Positions 61,813 through 64,000 of a stretch of DNA of 64,000 nucleotides are shown here, one piece after another; within the stretch, counting starts at the first letter, position 1, and the number at the start of each line of letters is the position of its first letter. The DNA is taken from positions 7,130,001-7,194,000 of the forward strand of contig CM035359.1 of NCBI GenBank assembly GCA_020137815.1. Reading direction: 5' to 3'. A program made the position numbers and the translations under genes. The notes under the pieces are model-generated. The model was not told where the DNA came from. It did no database searches and saw only the letters and a program-made list of their open reading frames with translations. The stretch comes from Hormiphora californensis (Eukaryota; Animalia; Ctenophora).

Positions 61813-64000
61813 GGGTAAGCTGGGGCGAAAGTGGCCCATTTTAGTAGAGTCGATAACTACATCGACCTCTCCCAATTGTTCCAGTTTTTGTCACATCTGT
61901 TTGGAGCCTCGACACGACCTCTAAACAGGTGTTACTTTTTCACAAACTGTTTTCATCTTGGTGTAATCAGCAGTTGAAATGTTGCTGATCATAACAAAAA
62001 CCTGACTAAATTTTTTCAACTTGGGGTAAAACCATGGGTGTCAAAAGTTAGCTCTAGGTCCCCTGAGTAACCATCCGGAGACTCTAAGAGATATTTCAAG
62101 CCGTTCTCCCGTAATCATTAATCCCGGTGGAGAAAAAAATACAATGCGGACGTACGTGAGCGCTGGCAGGCTGTTTACATGTAATTGTATGTCTCTCACT
62201 CTCTCTGGAAAAACCGCACGTGCGGTTGCGCCGCGCGAGATAACTCTTTCTCAAGGGGGAGAAAAGAGAGAGACGCACATTAACGTTATACATTAAAGTT
62301 GAGGTTGTAGGCAATTGCACGTACGTCCATACTCAAATATGTGCTCTACCGGGATTAATGATTACAGGAGAACGGCTTGAAATATCTCTTAGAGTCTCCG
62401 GATGGTTACTCAGGGGACCTAGAGCTAACTTTTGACACCCATGGTTTTACCCCAAGTTGAAAAAAATTACAATTAATATGACGTGATCAACTGCTATAGC
62501 CCAACTGTTCATTCTGAGAATTCTGATACAAAGATATTATTTGCCGTACTGCTATATGAGGTAACTCCAACCCCCCAGTTTCATCTCCTTGTTTAACATG
62601 GGAGTTACCAAGGGAATCCACTGAGTTCGATTAATCTAGGCACATACCCACAGTACTATTCGAATTGGCATATCTTTATATCAGGAATCTCGGATAGCAA
62701 CAATCCTTGTGTTTTATTGCTATCTGAACAGATTAGGCGTATAGACAGGGCTCTTATTATCAGCAGTACTCACGTATCAATGGTAATGTATTAATTGCAC
62801 TGAACTGCTGTAGACATCACCCACTCACTTCATACACACACAACACCCACACACATGACCAAGCCTGTACGATTGTTGCTATCCGAGATTCCTGATATAA
62901 AGATATGCCAATTCGAATAGTACTGTGGGTATGTGCCTAGATTAATCGAACTCAGTGGATTCCCTTGGTAACTCCCATGTTAAACAAGGAGATGAAACTG
63001 GGGGGTTGGAGTTACCTCATATAGCAGTACGGCAAATAATATCTTTGTATCAGAATTCTCAGAATGAACAGTTGGGCTATAGCAGTTGATCACGTCATAT
63101 TAATTGTTATCATGATCTTCGGATCACTGCACGATACTAGTGACGGCTCTCTCGTGCTGTAATACAGCCGGTGATCAATAACCTGTCGTACAGGCTTGGT
63201 CATGTGTGTGGGTGTTGTGTGTGTATGAAGTGAGTGGGTGATGTCTACAGCAGTTCAGTGCAATTAATACATTACCATTGAAAAAAATTAGTCAGGTTTT
63301 TGTTATGATCAGCAACATTTCAACTGCTGATTACACCAAGATGAAAACAGTTTGTGAAAAAGTGACACCTGTTTAGAGGTCGTGTCGAGGCTCCAAACTG
63401 ATGAGACAAAAACTGGAACAATTGGGAGAGGTCGATGTAGTTATCGACTCTACTATTTTTAACGTTTTAGGTTCTAAAATACGCAATATATACAGCAGGA
63501 AGAAAAAAATTATATAGGCTATCCAATGAAACCTTTTCCTTTCAGCCGAGCTAAATTTTAAAATCTACAAGTTTTATTTAATGGGTTAATTAATCAATTC
63601 AAATAATTTGGTGAGGCGTTTTTTGGAAAATTTGCACCGGGGCAAAGTGGCCCAAGCCAATAGCATTGCTCGATTTTATCACGTGCCTGGTGTTGTTAGA
63701 CGAAACGATCAAATTAGGGGCAAAGTGGCCCATGTTATGCACCGGAACATGGGCCACTTTGCCCCTAGTTTGACCGTCTGGACTACATTTTTGTGCATTC
63801 CAATGTCACGTGGTATTGCAGGCGCCATTTCATTGGTCCTAGAGGTGGGCCACTTTGCCCCAGACCGGACCACTTTGCCCCGGAGAGTGGGCCATATTCG
63901 CCCCGATTTCACAAAATTGACAATTAAGACAACAAAAATGCCAATTTCTTCAAAATTTTTATACCACGTTTTAGAGAATTATAAAGCCTAACTGGCAGTT
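61813..64000. mobile_element. pogo/Tc1-like element (family of 44774-45467), interrupted, continues past window end
   Basis: TA|GGGTAAGCTGGGGCGAAAGTGGCCC; 63490-64000 matches the reverse complement of ~44960-45430. Confidence 0.8.
61842..63455. mobile_element. Nested Academ-like non-autonomous element with ~175-bp TIRs
   Basis: TTT|TAGTAGAGTCGATAAC...GTTATCGACTCTACTA|TTT; internal inverted pairs 62010-62468 and 62469-63107. Confidence 0.8.

Overview
Eukaryotic, intron-rich genomic DNA from a draft assembly (100-N gap at 15139-15238, several garbled low-quality stretches). Lineage-typical proteins and repeats suggest a ctenophore, probably Pleurobrachia (inference from recall, not searched). 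Genes reconstructed by hand from splice sites and reading frame: neurobeachin/LRBA 5' part (-), a three-exon secreted-protein gene nested on the same strand in its intron 2, AP-5 mu subunit (-), cyclin I/G family (+) with an antisense frameshifted repeat-domain gene in intron 3, Cys-rich secreted gene(s) (+), a Pro-rich gene (-), a JHY ciliary gene (+) and an intronless class-A GPCR (-). Region 11.5-20.8 kb most likely holds two interleaved haplotypes, which exposes three presence/absence insertions. There are many non-autonomous palindromic DNA transposons, a 5'-truncated CR1-group LINE with an open ORF, and an L2 fragment. The most notable patterns are: (1) minisatellites built from branch points and 3' splice sites, (2) operon-like packing with acceptors just before start codons, (3) the same-strand nested gene that could fuse in frame to neurobeachin, and (4) a 53-bp perfect hairpin insertion that disrupts a signal peptide.
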